A stretch of 64,000 nt of DNA from assembly GCA_964270895.1 (NCBI GenBank), contig OZ185443.1; one strand, written 5' to 3'. The notes under the pieces are model-generated. The model searched no databases and had not been told where the DNA came from. It saw nothing but the letters and a program-made list of their open reading frames with translations. This DNA comes from Podarcis filfolensis (taxonomy: Eukaryota). A program made the translations under genes and the position numbers. This document shows positions 1-13,341 of this stretch, one piece after another. Every line of letters begins with the position of its first letter. Positions within the stretch are counted from its first letter, which is position 1.

Positions 1-589
1 TTCTAACAGATCGATCCTATGCACATTTACTTAAAGGCCAATGTCTTTGAGTTGACATGAATGTAGGATTACAAATATGCTAGTTTTAGTTTTTGGTGGT
101 ACGTTCAGTCTTGCAAGCATGTTAATGGTTGACTGCTGTTTTTCTGGTGAAGCTATTGGTGAAAGCACTCCTACGAAATGATGTGATCTCAATGTATGGG
201 CAGCCACACGTGGAGGCAAGGGATTATTCCAGTACCCCCATCCTCTAGCCATGATGAGCTTTAAAGGTCCCTGTGAATTGGGCCTGGAAACAGATCAAGA
301 GGCAGTGCAGCTGATGAAGTGCTAGCATGACATCTTCATCGCTCCCGGTCCCAGTTAGCTGTCTAGCAGCTGCATGGTTAACTAACAGCAGTTTCTGAAT
401 GCTCTTCTGGAGGGGCAAATGTCCCTTACTCCTGATACAGGGGCTCCTTTAGCACCCAGCACCCAGCACCCAGCACTAATTGTCTCTTCCATTGGACCTA
501 TCTCTGACCACCCTTGCTGTCTGCTTGGGCTTACTTTCACGTGGATGTACACTCCCTGCTGATCAGTTTTTGTCCTTATCTCGCTCTTA

Positions 590-827
590 CAGTTGTACCT
601 TGGTTGTCGAATGCACTGTGACTCGAACGTTTTGGCTCCTGAACGCTGCAAACCCGGAAGTGAGTGTTCCGGTTTCTGAATGTTCCTTGGAAGCCGAACG
701 TCTGATGGGGCTTCTGCGGTTTCTGATTGGCTGCAGGAAGCTCCTACAGCCAATGAGAGGCCGTGCCTTGGTTTTCAAATGTTTTCGGAAGTCGAATGGA
801 TTCTGTTAGAGAACCAAGGTACGACTA
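590..827. mobile_element. Tc1/mariner-pogo (Tigger-like) MITE
   Basis: TIRs CAGTTGTACCTTGGTT ... AACCAAGGTACGACTA, flanked by TA on both sides (588-589, 828-829); no coding capacity. Confidence 0.8.
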
Positions 828-3137
828 TATGCTAAAATGTATCTAGGTCACATAGCAGCCTGTTCTGGGCACTGGGAAAAACCAGAAGAAGCTGCTATAA
901 GGTGATAAAGGGGTGTGGAGGAGGAAGAGAAGGAGGAGGGGGTCTTTATTACTGCTGTTGCATTGATGTATCAATAGGTGCTGGGGGGTTGTAACATACG
1001 TGAGAACCGCTTGGTCCGGTTTCCATTTCCAGATAAATATGGCTACATTATTCAGACCAGTCAATTACAAAACTAGCCGCAGATGGAGAGCTTTAAACAA
1101 TGCTGTCCTCCCGCACATGGTAGATTGATGATGTTTCAGAATTACAGCATATGGCATAAGGAATGTGAAATGAGGGAGCCCTCAAGAGGTTGATTCAGCA
1201 GTTCTGTGGTCCTAAACCAAGCCATCTTGGAAGCCAGTTTCACAGTTTCCCCACCGAAACCGAGCCAAGTTAAGTCAGGCTTTGTGCAGCGTGGGAGGAT
1301 TTTTGATGGGCAAAGCTAAGTAGGTGGCTTTATTTCTGTTACACGTTAGTCATTCCATAATGCAAAATACTACTCTGTAGCAACTGACATATTTTTAGTG
1401 CAATGCATGCTATATATTCATCGCTGAGGCTGGAGACTGGAGAGCAGCCTCTGGTTAGAATTATCTGACTTGCCTGATAAACAAACGGCTCTTCTTTCTT
1501 TTGTCCTCCCTTCCCTCATTTGCCACCCCAAATCCCATCATTTTCACAAAGCCTGTCATCATCAACATTAGATAAAAGACAATTAACCTTTGCAATTCAC
1601 CTTCAGAATATCCAGTCTTCAAGCTCTACCTAATTAAAGGTCAAGCAGGAACAAAGTAACACTTGGCAAATTTCTCTTCTTGTTTAGGACAGGATGAGGC
1701 GGTGCCATCATTCTGAAAAGGGCCAGTTCACGTTCATCACACACGTTTTAGTCAAAAGATCAGTGGGGAGAGTGATTACCTTTCCCTTGGAAATATCATG
1801 AGCTCAAGCAAAGCATGCCTAAGGAAGGCCTATTTTCCAGGTGACAATTTTATAAACATGGACACACAGTCATGCAAGAGCAGGTGCCTCTTTCAGACTG
1901 ATACATGAATATGCATGTTCATTTCTGGCAACAGGTGCTGGATCAGCACCAGAAATGCTTTCAGCCAGGGACCAATCTGTTTCTAGTCCATGCCACTTCT
2001 ACATGTGTCCATTCATAGATCTGATTGCTACAGTTTCCAGATTAATCTGCATTTTTGATCTGCCTGAAAATGTCTGTTATATTTTGGAATGCTTTCCATC
2101 ACTAAATATACATTTTGTAGCATATTTTATCTTCAGGTATTAATGTGATAGGGGGTAAGGCATGGATGTACAGAAGACAGCCACATATTTTCCTACGGGT
2201 AAACAGATGTAGACATGGGAAATGCATCATTTAAGTGAGCACTGAGTGGGTAATAAGGCTGGACCATCTTAGGTAAGTGTAGAACAGGGTTGCCCCCAAA
2301 TAAAAACAGGTGAAGCGAATTGCAGTGGGTGACCTCAGTAAATAAATCTTCTCTTCCTTCTTTCATTATTAAGAGTTTGCAGTTACTCTGCCTGAACACT
2401 TCAGTCTTGTATTAATATAGAGGTTTGCTAAGCTCACTACATTTCAAGCTGAAAATATATCAACACTTGGTTAAAATGAAAATCCTTCTAACTTGTACTT
2501 ATTCGTGGCTTTTTATATACACTATATCTGTCCTCTCAAGAACTTATCACATTGTGCAAAAAGTATTGATTGTTACATTGATTTCCCCAACCAGTACTAA
2601 ACACACACACACCAAACGCAAAGCCTACTCCAGATTATCCTAAAGGTTGAATTAGAAGGATTGTGCCAAGCATCCGCAATGCCATTGACACTAAAAACCT
2701 TTAATGAGATCCCAGGGGTGCCAGGAACAACGAGATTTACCTTAATTCCATGACAATTCTAGGTAGAATCATTAGGGGTGCCATGGGACTCAAAAAGTCC
2801 CATGCTTCCCTTTTGGTGGGGAACATCTTTTTTTTTTCCATTCTCTGCTTCCTAGAGGACAGCCAGTTGGTTTTCTCTGTCTCCAATCTTCCAGAAGTTA
2901 GATGGAGCTATTTTAGCCATTCTCCACTTTGGGCTTATCTTGTCCCTCTTGAAGTGTTTGGACAGCAGACATCATGCATTCTGTTCCATCTGTAGATCTG
3001 CACTGTAATTTGTGAATAGATACGTTGTCAGTGGCTGCAGTGATCAGCAGGGGTGCTCTGATATCACAGGAGGTGGAACACGCAAAACGTTTTCTGAATG
3101 CTGTTGGATGAATGGCTTTGAGCTAGACCCTTTAAAT

Positions 3138-3250
3138 CAGGGTTGGGGGACCTGTGAACCTTCAAATGTTGCTGTACTACAACCCTCATCATCCCTGACC
3201 ATTGGCCATACTGGCTGGGCCTGGTGGGAGTTGGACTCCAGCAACATCTC
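3138..3250. mobile_element. Degenerate hAT hairpin MITE (ctacaactcccatcatccct family)
   Basis: Shares the core ctacaaccctcatcatccctgacc...gggagttggactccagcaacatct with intact copies; right TIR not evident. Confidence 0.6.
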
Positions 3251-3316
3251 TAAACTGACATGTTCTCTATCGCAATCTAAACCATGGTGGACCATGCTAC
3301 AGTAGAGGTGCTACAT

Positions 3317-3452
3317 CAGGCTTCTACAACCTCGGCCCTCCAGATGTTTTGGCCTACAACTTCCATGATCCCTAGCTAGCAGGACCAGTGGTCAGGGATG
3401 ATGGGAATTGTAGTCTCAAAAACATCTGGAGGGCCGAGGTTGAGGAAGCCTG
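3317..3452. mobile_element. hAT (Charlie-like) hairpin MITE
   Basis: TIRs CAGGCTTCTACAACCTCGG / CCGAGGTTGAGGAAGCCTG; perfect 8-bp TSD TGCTACAT (3309-3316, 3453-3460); near-palindromic body. Confidence 0.9.
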
Positions 3453-4693
3453 TGCTACATGGTATGTCAACTGAGTAGGACAGATGTGCCCATGTACAGC
3501 ATATAGTCTGGTCTGTATATCCCTTCCTGCCTCTCCAGGGTTGTACTGATAACTTTTTCCTGAATCATAAACCTAAAGCCAAACATGGCAGGCTGTGTAT
3601 CCATTGTAATGCACATTAGAGTAGTACACTCATATACTTTGAATTGGACCCAGGGCACACCTGCTAAAACGGAAGGCCACCACTGCTGTCAACCTTGAAT
3701 CCCACCTTAGGGATAATTTAATGGCAACTCCATTTACTATAAAATATTCTGGATGAGGTCCCATCGTCTGATATTCCATATGCATCTTCGAAGCTCCATC
3801 ATATATTTTAGCATGCCCATGATTTTTTATTTTTTATTTTTTTGCATGCAGTAGAGTTTTGATGTTGATTGCATTTCAGAAATATTTGTGCAAAAGTTCT
3901 CCGGTGTACAAAATTATTATGAGACATTTTTAGTATGAATCAATCAAGACGGTAAATGCGAAATTGATTTTAAGCACGCAGAGCTTGATATGAGGGATTT
4001 AGTATTCACAGCACCGTTTCAAAGTGATGCTATATAGTTTAATTCACAGAGATCTACGCGCACATTTACTCCCTTCCATTTGTAGGTAAAACAGCCCAGA
4101 TTTATAGTGTTTGTTGCATTCCAGAAAGATAGCAGGCCCTTATGCAGATGATCCTTGCTTTGCCACACAAATACATTTCCCTTCCATGAACCTCACATCC
4201 CACCACACAAATTAACTCTAATTGGATATGGCGTCACTTTCACTCATCTTAAAGACTGTAAAGCATGGATTTTATGAATTGCCGGCATACATTCAGCAAT
4301 AAAAACTAAAGATGCCGGAAATCAATAGGAGCTTCTGTGTTGATGATTGGCAATGAGAAAAGGCAAAAGTCAATTTAATATTTCAGGCAACAAGCTGCCT
4401 TATCTATAATGGTCTGAAAGCAAAAGAGGACTTATACTGAAGGTGTCTTCACAAGAACCCATACACTTCCATGCTATGAGCCTTTTGGTGGAATCTCTAC
4501 TTACTGCACAAGCCTTACCATGTCTACTAAGAACTGAGTCCTGCTCAATGGGGCTTAGTCCCAAGTAAGTGAGTCGAGGGTTGCCCACCTTAGTCGAGAA
4601 TATTCTACATGAGATACAATAATCTGATATAGAAACGTTATCATTATGTGGGAGCGTTTATGGTTTTGGGAGGTTCCATGCTAGCATATAGAG

Positions 4694-4831
4694 CAGCCTT
4701 TCTCAACCTGTGGGTCCCCAGATGTTGTTGAACTACAGCTCCCATCACCCCTAGCTAGCAAGGCCAGAGCTCAGGGATGATGGGAGTTGTAGTCCAACAA
4801 CATCTGGGGACCCACAGGTTGAGAACCGCTG
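4694..4831. mobile_element. hAT (Charlie-like) hairpin MITE
   Basis: TIRs CAGCCTTTCTCAACCTG / CAGGTTGAGAACCGCTG; TSD ATATAGAG/ATATAGAC. Confidence 0.9.
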
Positions 4832-5016
4832 ATATAGACAGTGGAGACAAACCCTTGTCCATTTCTGTAGCTGGCTTCAACAGCAAACTTGCATGACCTT
4901 TGATGTCCATTTTACACACAGCTGTCCTGTATGGTCCATAGTGTCCCTTTGCAAACTGCTTCTCAGCTGTATAGCTTCTTTCAGGAAGGAGAGTCAGGTG
5001 GCAAGTTCCTAGCTCC

Positions 5017-5224
5017 TAGGGCTGCCATCCTGGGCATTACCCGGATTCAGCGGCGGAATTGACGTCGGGGGGTGGGTGGTTCCAAAAGGCAGCACTTTCT
5101 CCTGGATCAAGTCAATTGAAAATTTGTGGTGTTTCAACAACTCAACAACTTTGGGGTTTGTTTGAAGAAAGCTCAACCACTTTTGGGTGTCCTGGTTTTT
5201 ACTTTTTGAAATATGGCCACCCTG
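5017..5224. mobile_element. hAT MITE with TAGGG(T/C)TGCCA-type TIR
   Basis: TIRs TAGGGCTGCCAT / ATGGCCACCCTG; perfect 8-bp TSD CTAGCTCC (5009-5016, 5225-5232). Confidence 0.85.
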
Positions 5225-5338
5225 CTAGCTCCTCCTGGCAGTCAGGGTAGGTCTAGGTCTTTTCACAGGGTTTTCCTGCTCTGTGCCTGTCTCTGCTTCC
5301 TTCCCAGTGTCCTTCCCAACTGCCACATTGCTCTGCGC

Positions 5339-5456
5339 CAGGGTTTCCCAAACTTGGGTCTCCAACTTTGGACTACAATTCCCATCATCCCACTAGCTAG
5401 GGATGATGGGAGTTGTAGTCCAAAAACAGCTGTAGACACAAGTTTGGGAAACCTTA
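5339..5456. mobile_element. hAT hairpin MITE
   Basis: TIRs CAGGGTTTCCCAAACTTG / CAAGTTTGGGAAACCTTA; degenerate TSD CTCTGCGC/CTCTTGGC. Confidence 0.8.
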
Positions 5457-5683
5457 CTCTTGGCCATCCAACCTGATGTGTTGCAACTGTGGTTGTCTGT
5501 GTCCAACTCATCCAATGCCTAAGTACTTCCAGATATGCCAGACTTTGCTGAGGACTTGGCCAAAATCTGGTGCACAGCCCTACTGAAGGCAATGGTGGCT
5601 GGCTCCATTGGGGACTGGTGTGGTGCAAAGTAGGAGGCTAGCAGTAGGTGGAGCTTCATTCTCCTCCCTTCTAAGTTCTAGAA

Positions 5684-5819
5684 CAGGCACAGGCAAACTC
5701 GGTTCTCCAGATGTTTTTGGACTACAATTCCCATCATCCCTGACCACTGGTCCTGTTAGCTAGGGATCATGGGAGTTGTAGTCCCAAAACATCTGGAGGG
5801 CCGAGTTTGCCTATGCCTG
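5684..5819. mobile_element. hAT (Charlie-like) hairpin MITE
   Basis: TIRs CAGGCACAGGCAAACTCGG / CCGAGTTTGCCTATGCCTG; perfect TSD TTCTAGAA. Confidence 0.9.
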
Positions 5820-6911
5820 TTCTAGAAAGGTGAAGAAGGAAGAAGCTGAAAGCCAATGTCACCCTGTGGACTAGCTGTAAATAAGGAAGTAGGGACTAGA
5901 TGCTATTGATGGGGCAGTAGTCCATTCACCCTGATGGACCAGCCTCCACCAACTAAAGACATACCTTGGTTGACTTGGTAATCCTTCCACTATCAGCGAA
6001 TTATACAGGCTCTATTGATAATCTATGAGATTTCACAATGGCTTCACCCACACCCTCCTAATTCTGCCCTTGCTCCATCCCTGAATCACCACCTTCCTCA
6101 GAAGTTGGTGTCTCTGAGCATGAGGCAAACTCTTAAACAATGTCATGTGTGGAATGCCCCTTTGCGTCCTCCCTCTCCAAGTTGTGAAAATTGCTCAGGC
6201 AACAACTGTACAAGCCTCTTAATGTTCTCTTCCTTCCTTTCCTCTTCAGCAAATGCATGATCTATTTGCCCAGCTCGGGCCTGCCTAGTTAAGCTCCCTA
6301 TTTCATTCCGTATTAATTTAGATGAGGCGGATAATATTTGCTGTTCATGTAAATATGTCATCTACTCAGTCTACCGAGACCACTTGCACTATTGCTTAAT
6401 AAAATTATGGGGATATGAGTGGTGTCGCCGCGTCCCATGATAAAATTTCCATCATAGTGCTGACAGTCATAAAACAAAAGCTTCTCTCTGCCAAAGTGCC
6501 GCCTGTCCTATTGAACTTGGGACTTTTTCTAGGCCTTGATCAATGAACAGTATCTACCAGGCAGTAAAACTGCAGCATAATGATAAACAGAGCAAGAAGA
6601 CAGAGTTTGGGCGGATTGAAGTTGAGCACCTGGCATGTCAGGGATTATAGATTATATTGGCCAAAATTTATTTTACGTGGGTGCATGGTGCACTCAAGTT
6701 GAGCTCCTTTGTGATACACAACCCAGCAAGCTCCATTTTCAGAGGAGAGAAGTAAATTGTAAGGATTTGAGGACTGGCTGGGTGGGGCAGGGAGGAAGGC
6801 ACAGACAGAACAGAAATAAACAATTCTAAGCTACACAGCCACATAGGAGCCATTTGTCAAGCTTCTTAAACAAGCTGGGCCTAAGTGAAATAATGCTTAA
6901 GTGAAATAAAC

Positions 6912-7300
6912 CAGACCCGCCAAGTGTCCTCATTTTCCAGGGACAATCCTGGGTTTACAGAAGCCATCCCAGTTTCTGATTTGATCCTGGAATGTCCGGC
7001 TTTTCCTTAGGATGTCCCTAGTTTCATTGGAGAAATGTTGGAGGGTATGGAGTTATGTGACCCGAGTCAAGGAGATAAGTAACTATGCAACCTTTAGATT
7101 ACATCCGAAGGCAGACCTGCACAGGGAAGATTTTGATGTTTAATGTTTTATATATGTTGGAAGCCACCCAGAGTGGCTGAAGCAACCAAGTCAGATGGGT
7201 GGGGTGTAAATAATAAAAGTATTATTATTACTATTATTATTACTATTAGTATCATTGAGTAGCGCATCCCTATTCTCATTGGAGAAATGTTGGAGGGTGT
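6912..7300 (+). mobile_element. Composite repeat: MITE-like segment enclosing an L2 LINE 3' tail
   Basis: Motif ccctaNtNtcattggagaaatgttggagggt occurs at ~7016-7047 and ~7268-7300. Between them lies an L2 3' UTR (gccacccagagtggctg...) with an (ATT)n tail like the L2 copies at 28.9, 30.2 and 37.3 kb. Confidence 0.6.
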
Positions 7301-7693
7301 GTAATAATAATTCACAGGAAAAGGAAAACATTGTTTGACTTGGTGTTAATATGGTGCATTAAGTACAGAATGGAACTTTCTGAGTATCTTTTCACAGCGA
7401 TCGTAAACTCCAGGGCTGCAAATCATCAGTACTGCATAGTACCTTTGAGCATGGACAGCAATGGTGGCAGGTGCCCTTTGGAGGTAGGGTAGAAGACAGA
7501 GATGCCATTGAAAGGCAGAGTTTGACCCCGTCCTCTCCCCTGCTGAGTTTTACAAGAGCAATGCTAAGATGCTGACAGAATGTGCTACCCCCTGGGCTAC
7601 ATATAAGTCAGATGGCAGGCAGTTGGAGGCTGGCGGAGGGCAGACTGCTGTTGGTGAGGCAGTGCCCCACACACCCTAGTGGCCTAGACTCCA

Positions 7694-7770
7694 CTGATGG
7701 GTGGGGAACCTATGGCTCTCCAGATGTTCTTCAGCTCCCATTAATCTCTAAGCATTGGCCATGTTGGCTG
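7694..7770. mobile_element. Degenerate left half of hAT hairpin MITE
   Basis: gggtggggaacctatggctctccagatgtt...cagctcccat...ggccatgttggctggg resembles the intact copies. Confidence 0.5.
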
Positions 7771-9286
7771 GGTTACCTCAGTGTCAGGTGTCAGAGGATC
7801 CAACCCCCACGGTAGGTTGTCAGGAACGGATAAAACAAGGAAAGTTCTTACCAACTGCTTTTTGTTCAATGTTCACACAGAGAGGCTTAGAAATGTAACT
7901 TCTTGGGAAAATGGTGTTGCTCCAAGTAAATCTACAACCCCTTTCTCTCCCACTTCCTCATTTGTCAACCCCCCCCCCCCTTTATGGTTTCAGCTTAGGG
8001 CCATCTGTCTCTGAGCCCTTTGCTCTCCTACTTTTAAGGCTTGCTGGGTTCTGGGAGATGGTATTCTGGAATGCTTTCTAGTGATAACGTGTCAGCAAGT
8101 TTCTCCAGCTCTGTCTCCTCCTCCTCTCCCATTATTTCCCAACTTTCCCCTTCATCTTCCTCTGAGCTATGACCTCCCTCAAACCCCTCTTGTAATTTGG
8201 AACTGTGTTCTTCTTCTCTGGAAGGGTCAGGCTGAAGAGGCGGTCTCCATCATTCCCCCTCTGCCCAGTCCCTGACACTCAGCAAAGATCATGCCAATCT
8301 GACTGGTTTCTAGGCAACACCTCCCTTTTTGCTGTAAACAGCATTAACCCTTGGGTCACTTGTTGAATGGTCTCTGCTGTCACACTTCCTATAAAAGAAC
8401 AGGAGCTTCCTTATAGCCACCTAATACGATCATAGCAAAGGTAAGAATTGAATAAGGGCTTTCCTGATTCAGAGCTCAGTTGCGTTAAGTCACCAGGCTA
8501 CAGTTGTTCTCAGTCAGGAATTGCCACGCTTCCAGATTAATTGTTTTAATATGTAATTTCCTCCCCCCCCCACCCAAATGAAAATATAAAAATTGATTAG
8601 CTTTTGAGGTTTGATCTGACTGGTGATAAAATTGATCCATGATGGTTTTTAAATCAGGCAGTCAAAGTACTGAGAAGCTGGGAGGTTTATATGCTCTATT
8701 TGGTTCAAACATCCGTTTATAGAGCTACCTGCAGCATCAGTCAAAAGCTGTGGCTCAAGGCAAGAAGCACATCCCACAATCCTAATTATAGGCAACCTGT
8801 ACAGCTCTGAACAGCTGGGCGGCTCCTCACCTGCCTGTGCATAATATAACATGACAGTTGTGGACTCCACATGTCTCCATTCCTAATGGCCAGATCACCA
8901 ACCCATGTACATCACGCTGTTGATTTTTGTACACTTGTTCACTCTACCTGTGATGACTGGCAGCCAAATATGTCCTCAGATGCCTGTAAAAAGTACTGGA
9001 CAGATTATGAAAATTATGCCTATGTTATTAGATCTCTGGCTGTCTCCTCACACATGTAAAGATGCTATCACTTGATGCTGCAGGAACCATGTGAGTCAGT
9101 TCCAAGTCTAAACTTTCATTGTGGCATTTGAACACTGATGGTTCATGCACACATGAAAGCATCGTTCAAGGCTGAAGTCACCAAATGATGAATATACGTG
9201 TGCAGACCAGTCCACTGGTGAATAGTCAAAAGCCTAATCCAGAGATTTGTTATGGGGTGGGCACTGTGTCCATTGCATATACACTT

Positions 9287-9674
9287 AGGGATGCAGGTGG
9301 CACTGTAGTCTAAAGTACTGAGCCTCTTGGGCTTGCCAATCAGAAGGTCACCGGTTTGAATCCCAGTGACGGGGTGAGCTCCTGTTGCTCTATCCCAGTT
9401 TCTGCCAGCCTAGCAATTCGCAAGCATGCCAGTGCAAGTAGATAAATAGGTACCGCTGTGGCGGGAAGGTAAACAGCATTTCTGTGTGCTCTGGTTTCCA
9501 TCATGGTGTTCTGTTGCACCAGAAGCAGTTTAGTCATGCTGGACACATGATCTGGAAAGCTGTCTATGGACAAATGCTGGCTCCCTCGGCCTGAAAGTGA
9601 GATGCACACCACAGCCACATAGTTACCTTTGACTGGACTTAAACATCTGGGGATCCTTTGCCTTTACTTTTTCC
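9287..9674 (+). mobile_element. Sauria SINE, full length, longer/older subtype
   Basis: tRNA-like head GGGATGCAGGTGGCACTGTAG, body gtgcaagtagataaataggtacc, cctttgcctttac tail; 13-bp TSD TGCATATACACTT (9274-9286, 9675-9687). Confidence 0.92.
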
Positions 9675-10893
9675 TGCATATACACTTGGAGGTAAATATC
9701 ATCTCTAGCAGTAGCACTAAGTGCCCTACACATGTCTTTGAATGTGAGTAGACAGCATGCACACCCAAGAGCTCCATGTACACATCTTGGCACATGTGGG
9801 ATCTGGACTGAGCTGCAAAGCTAAATTGAAGCACAACTTGGAAAGAAGACATGTCCTCCTCTGTCCACCTACTGAGCTGCATAAATACTCTAGAGGCTTC
9901 TGATGGAAGCCTCTGTCTTGGAACACACTGTTCTGAGACAGAGGCTGCAAAATATCACAGATGCAGAAAGATCCAGCAGTTTCAGAGGGTTGTTTTGTCA
10001 AGCTTCCTTTCAGCCGTGAGGGGAGAAGTTAAAGTTCTGCTGGAGAAAGCAGGGCAGGTTTCACACAGTATCACCCTTGCCTAAATTTGTCCTGTCTTCA
10101 GATTTGACAGGTGAGCCTGGCCCTTCTCCATATGTTGCCACTGGAAGTCACAATTATTTGTTTTTCCTTAGAGTTAGCCAAGATCCGTCCACTGATGGGG
10201 AAAGGAACAGAAAAAGAACCCCAGCCTTAAACCGTAAAAAAAAAGCAAGAAAACGGAGTTCAACTATTTAAACAATCAATTTTATTCTGCACACAGCAAT
10301 TACTTCTGCTGTCAGAAGGGATAAAGTTTACTACTGCAGGAAACTGTAAAAAGTCAAATGTGTTCTTGTAAAATCCAGTGTGAGCTGCTAAGTCAATGGC
10401 AGCATACCTTTGGAAGGCTGCTTTCAGATGTCACATTTATCAAGAGACCATGTGGACATAAATCAAGCTGTGGTATTCTCCTGATGTCATTTCTGAAACA
10501 AAAACAGTGGAAGTTATTCTCTTTGGTGGCTCCCACCAAAGCATCCTGCACAGAGGACCATTAATGGGGTGGTGGTAGTGGTGGTGGTCAGTATGATTGT
10601 AAACCAAGTGGCCTGGGCTGAGTTACAGTGAAGCATTAGAATGCAGTGGGGCCAAAACTGACAGATAATTTCTAATGGGCCAGCAGAAATGACTCCCATT
10701 TTGGAGCTGGAGGTCTGACTACTGGCTTTGTCCCATGGTTTCTGGTACCCGAAGCCTTGCTGCTCATCTTACGTTGCTTTGAACTGAATTGTAGTTTTTA
10801 TATTATCTTGTGTTTGAGTAGTTTAATTCATAGAAAAGTGACCCACAAGTCTGAATGAATGAATGAACGAACGAATGCATACATCCATGTAAA

Positions 10894-11064
10894 CAGGACT
10901 TTTTTTCCAGCTGGAACTCACCAGAACTCAGTTCCAGCACCTTTCAGGTGGACGCCATTGCCATTATAAGAGAACAAGGGAGGAGTTCATGGTGAGTTCT
11001 TGAGCGTTCATCAATGGGAGTTGTAGTCCAACAACATCTGGGTACCCCAGGTTGAGAGAGGCTG
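10894..11064. mobile_element. Chimeric/truncated hAT MITE (left end of one family joined to right end of the hairpin family)
   Basis: Starts caggacttttttccagctggaactcacc...; ends with atgggagttgtagtccaacaacatctggg...aggttgagagaggctg, matching the right TIR of the 4694 copy. Confidence 0.6.
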
Positions 11065-12025
11065 GTATAAGGTGCTGTTTCCTTTTCTTTGTGTAGGTGT
11101 GGGATATTATCATACAGTCCGTATGGAAACATTTGTTTTGTTCTTACAGGGATATGGTTTCCCCAATTCCATTTAAAGGGCCTTTTATGTTCTTGAAGAT
11201 TGTGACATCACATTTGTGCATGGAGAAAGAGAGAGAGAGAGATGAGAGAGAGAGTGCTTGCCCCTTTTTTAAGCAAAGAAAAAGTAAATATACATCTTCT
11301 TAAAAAAGAAAGCAGAGATAAAAATGGCAATGCATCCCTTATGTGCAATCTGTATCAGAAGAAGTTTAAAGCACAGTTTGCTTTTATTGATGCCTTCATC
11401 TGAAAAACAAACAGAAGAAACCCTAAAGTTGTAAATTCCAGAGACTGGGGATAAGAATGAGATGCTGATACGATGTACCACAGATAAATCAGGTTGCACT
11501 AACAGAATTTCAATAGCTAAGGTTAATAATATCGCCATCAGTAGTTTTCGAAAAAGCTTTGACTGCCTTAGAAGGAACTTAATTTTAAATCTCAAGAGAA
11601 GTCAATCAGTATACATCTAAAATATGCGTCAGGATGTGAATTGCATACATTAGAGTCATGTTTCTCTACCTACCTAAAGTGATCTCATTTCCTATGTAGT
11701 TACTTTGCCAACAGAGAGTTCCAGCAACTTGAGTGAGAGAAAATAAAGGTCAAGGAACAGTTCAAAAGAGAGTACTTCTCTTATCTCCTCATATCTGCCA
11801 ACTGTCTTACTTTCCTGGTCAGCTCGGAGGCTGATCAACAGGAAGCAGAAGATGCATCCAGCAGGTTCTTATTGATCTGATATCAGTTCTGGAACTTAGA
11901 TTAGTTCCATGAGGTTTACCAAAGGCATTCTTCACTTCCTGCAGATCAGCTCTGTACCAGGAACAGCGTCAGCCCAATACATTTTGATGGTGCCCAAAGG
12001 ACACCTCCATGCTACAGCTTTAAAT

Positions 12026-12106
12026 CAGGGTAGGGATCCTGTAGCCTTCAACTGCAACTCCCATCATTGGGCTAGTTGGGGTTTGTGGGAGTTGGAGTCC
12101 AACAAT
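12026..12106. mobile_element. Degenerate hAT hairpin MITE
   Basis: cagggtaggg...ctgcaactcccatcatt...gggagttggagtccaacaa core. Confidence 0.5.
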
Positions 12107-13341
12107 TTCAGGAGCTGGTTCCTCACTTCTCTGTTTAAGTCTTATTACCCCATTCAGATACCAGTTCCCGCTTTCACCTATCCCACCTCCATGGTGCTCT
12201 GTAAAGGAAGGAGGCCACCACACTTTATTGCATAGCAGGGCAAGTTCTGATCAAGAAGAGACAATTCTAACTTGTGGCGGAAGGAGCATGGTGCAAATCA
12301 CACTGATATTGCTCAGAGTGTGAGACTACACCCAAGTCATGTTTCCTCTTGGTAGCACTGGAGCTAATGCACATATACCTCCCCAAAGTGAGATAATTTT
12401 CACGAGAGATCCCCACTATTGAAGCTATACAATTAGAGCACATTGGATTTGCACACTGGCAACCGAATGGTCTATGCTCCTCCTCCCAGATCTTAGTTGA
12501 AATCCAATGGATCACTAGGCACTAAGCACAGCACATGTCCATCATGTGTCACAATCATGGAAATCACTTGCAGGCGTCATCCATGTCTGGAAAACATTGC
12601 TGAATTAGAGCTTTAGTAACATGACGTCTCCCCACCACCAATCCTGAAAAAAACTACCCTGAAGCTGTTTATAAATATGAAATGGTGACTGAACATAAAA
12701 ATGCAATGTCACTGTGGTCAGCAGCCATTGGTCTGAAACTCATAGTCTTCTGCCACATCATGCACCCATCAGAAAAACAATATGTTCCAGAGACTTATTT
12801 CAGGAACAGCTGTTGTTAGAGTATTCCCACCAACCCCAGCAAGGATGAGCTCAGGGAAGATGGAAGCCACAGTCCTTCAACATCTGTAGGGCACCATGTG
12901 TCAGCTATATTTGGATTATTTATTGTATCACTTTTGATCTTGTCAAGGGAGCAGAGGATGGCATGTGGTTATTATTAGTTATTCTTATCTACTTTTTCAT
13001 ATATTAATTCCTTCCCATGAGGCATCCCAAAGCAAATTTACAATTTAATAAAACATGAATGAAACACTTAAATATATAAAAACAGAAACCAGTAGTACAT
13101 ATGAGAACATTCTTTTTTTAAAGAACTACATACAGGCACACACACACAGACACAATGTAAAACAACAGCATATACATCAAATCAATTCAAATCCAGTACA
13201 AATACCAGATGTTTGCTTATGACAATTATATGAGGTATGTAAGTGAGATACAATGACTTGCACAAGTCCAGTTAATCAGAAGGCTGAAGGAAGATTTGAA
13301 CTCAACTCAGGCCTTCCTCAGTAACAAACTGGTGAATCAAG

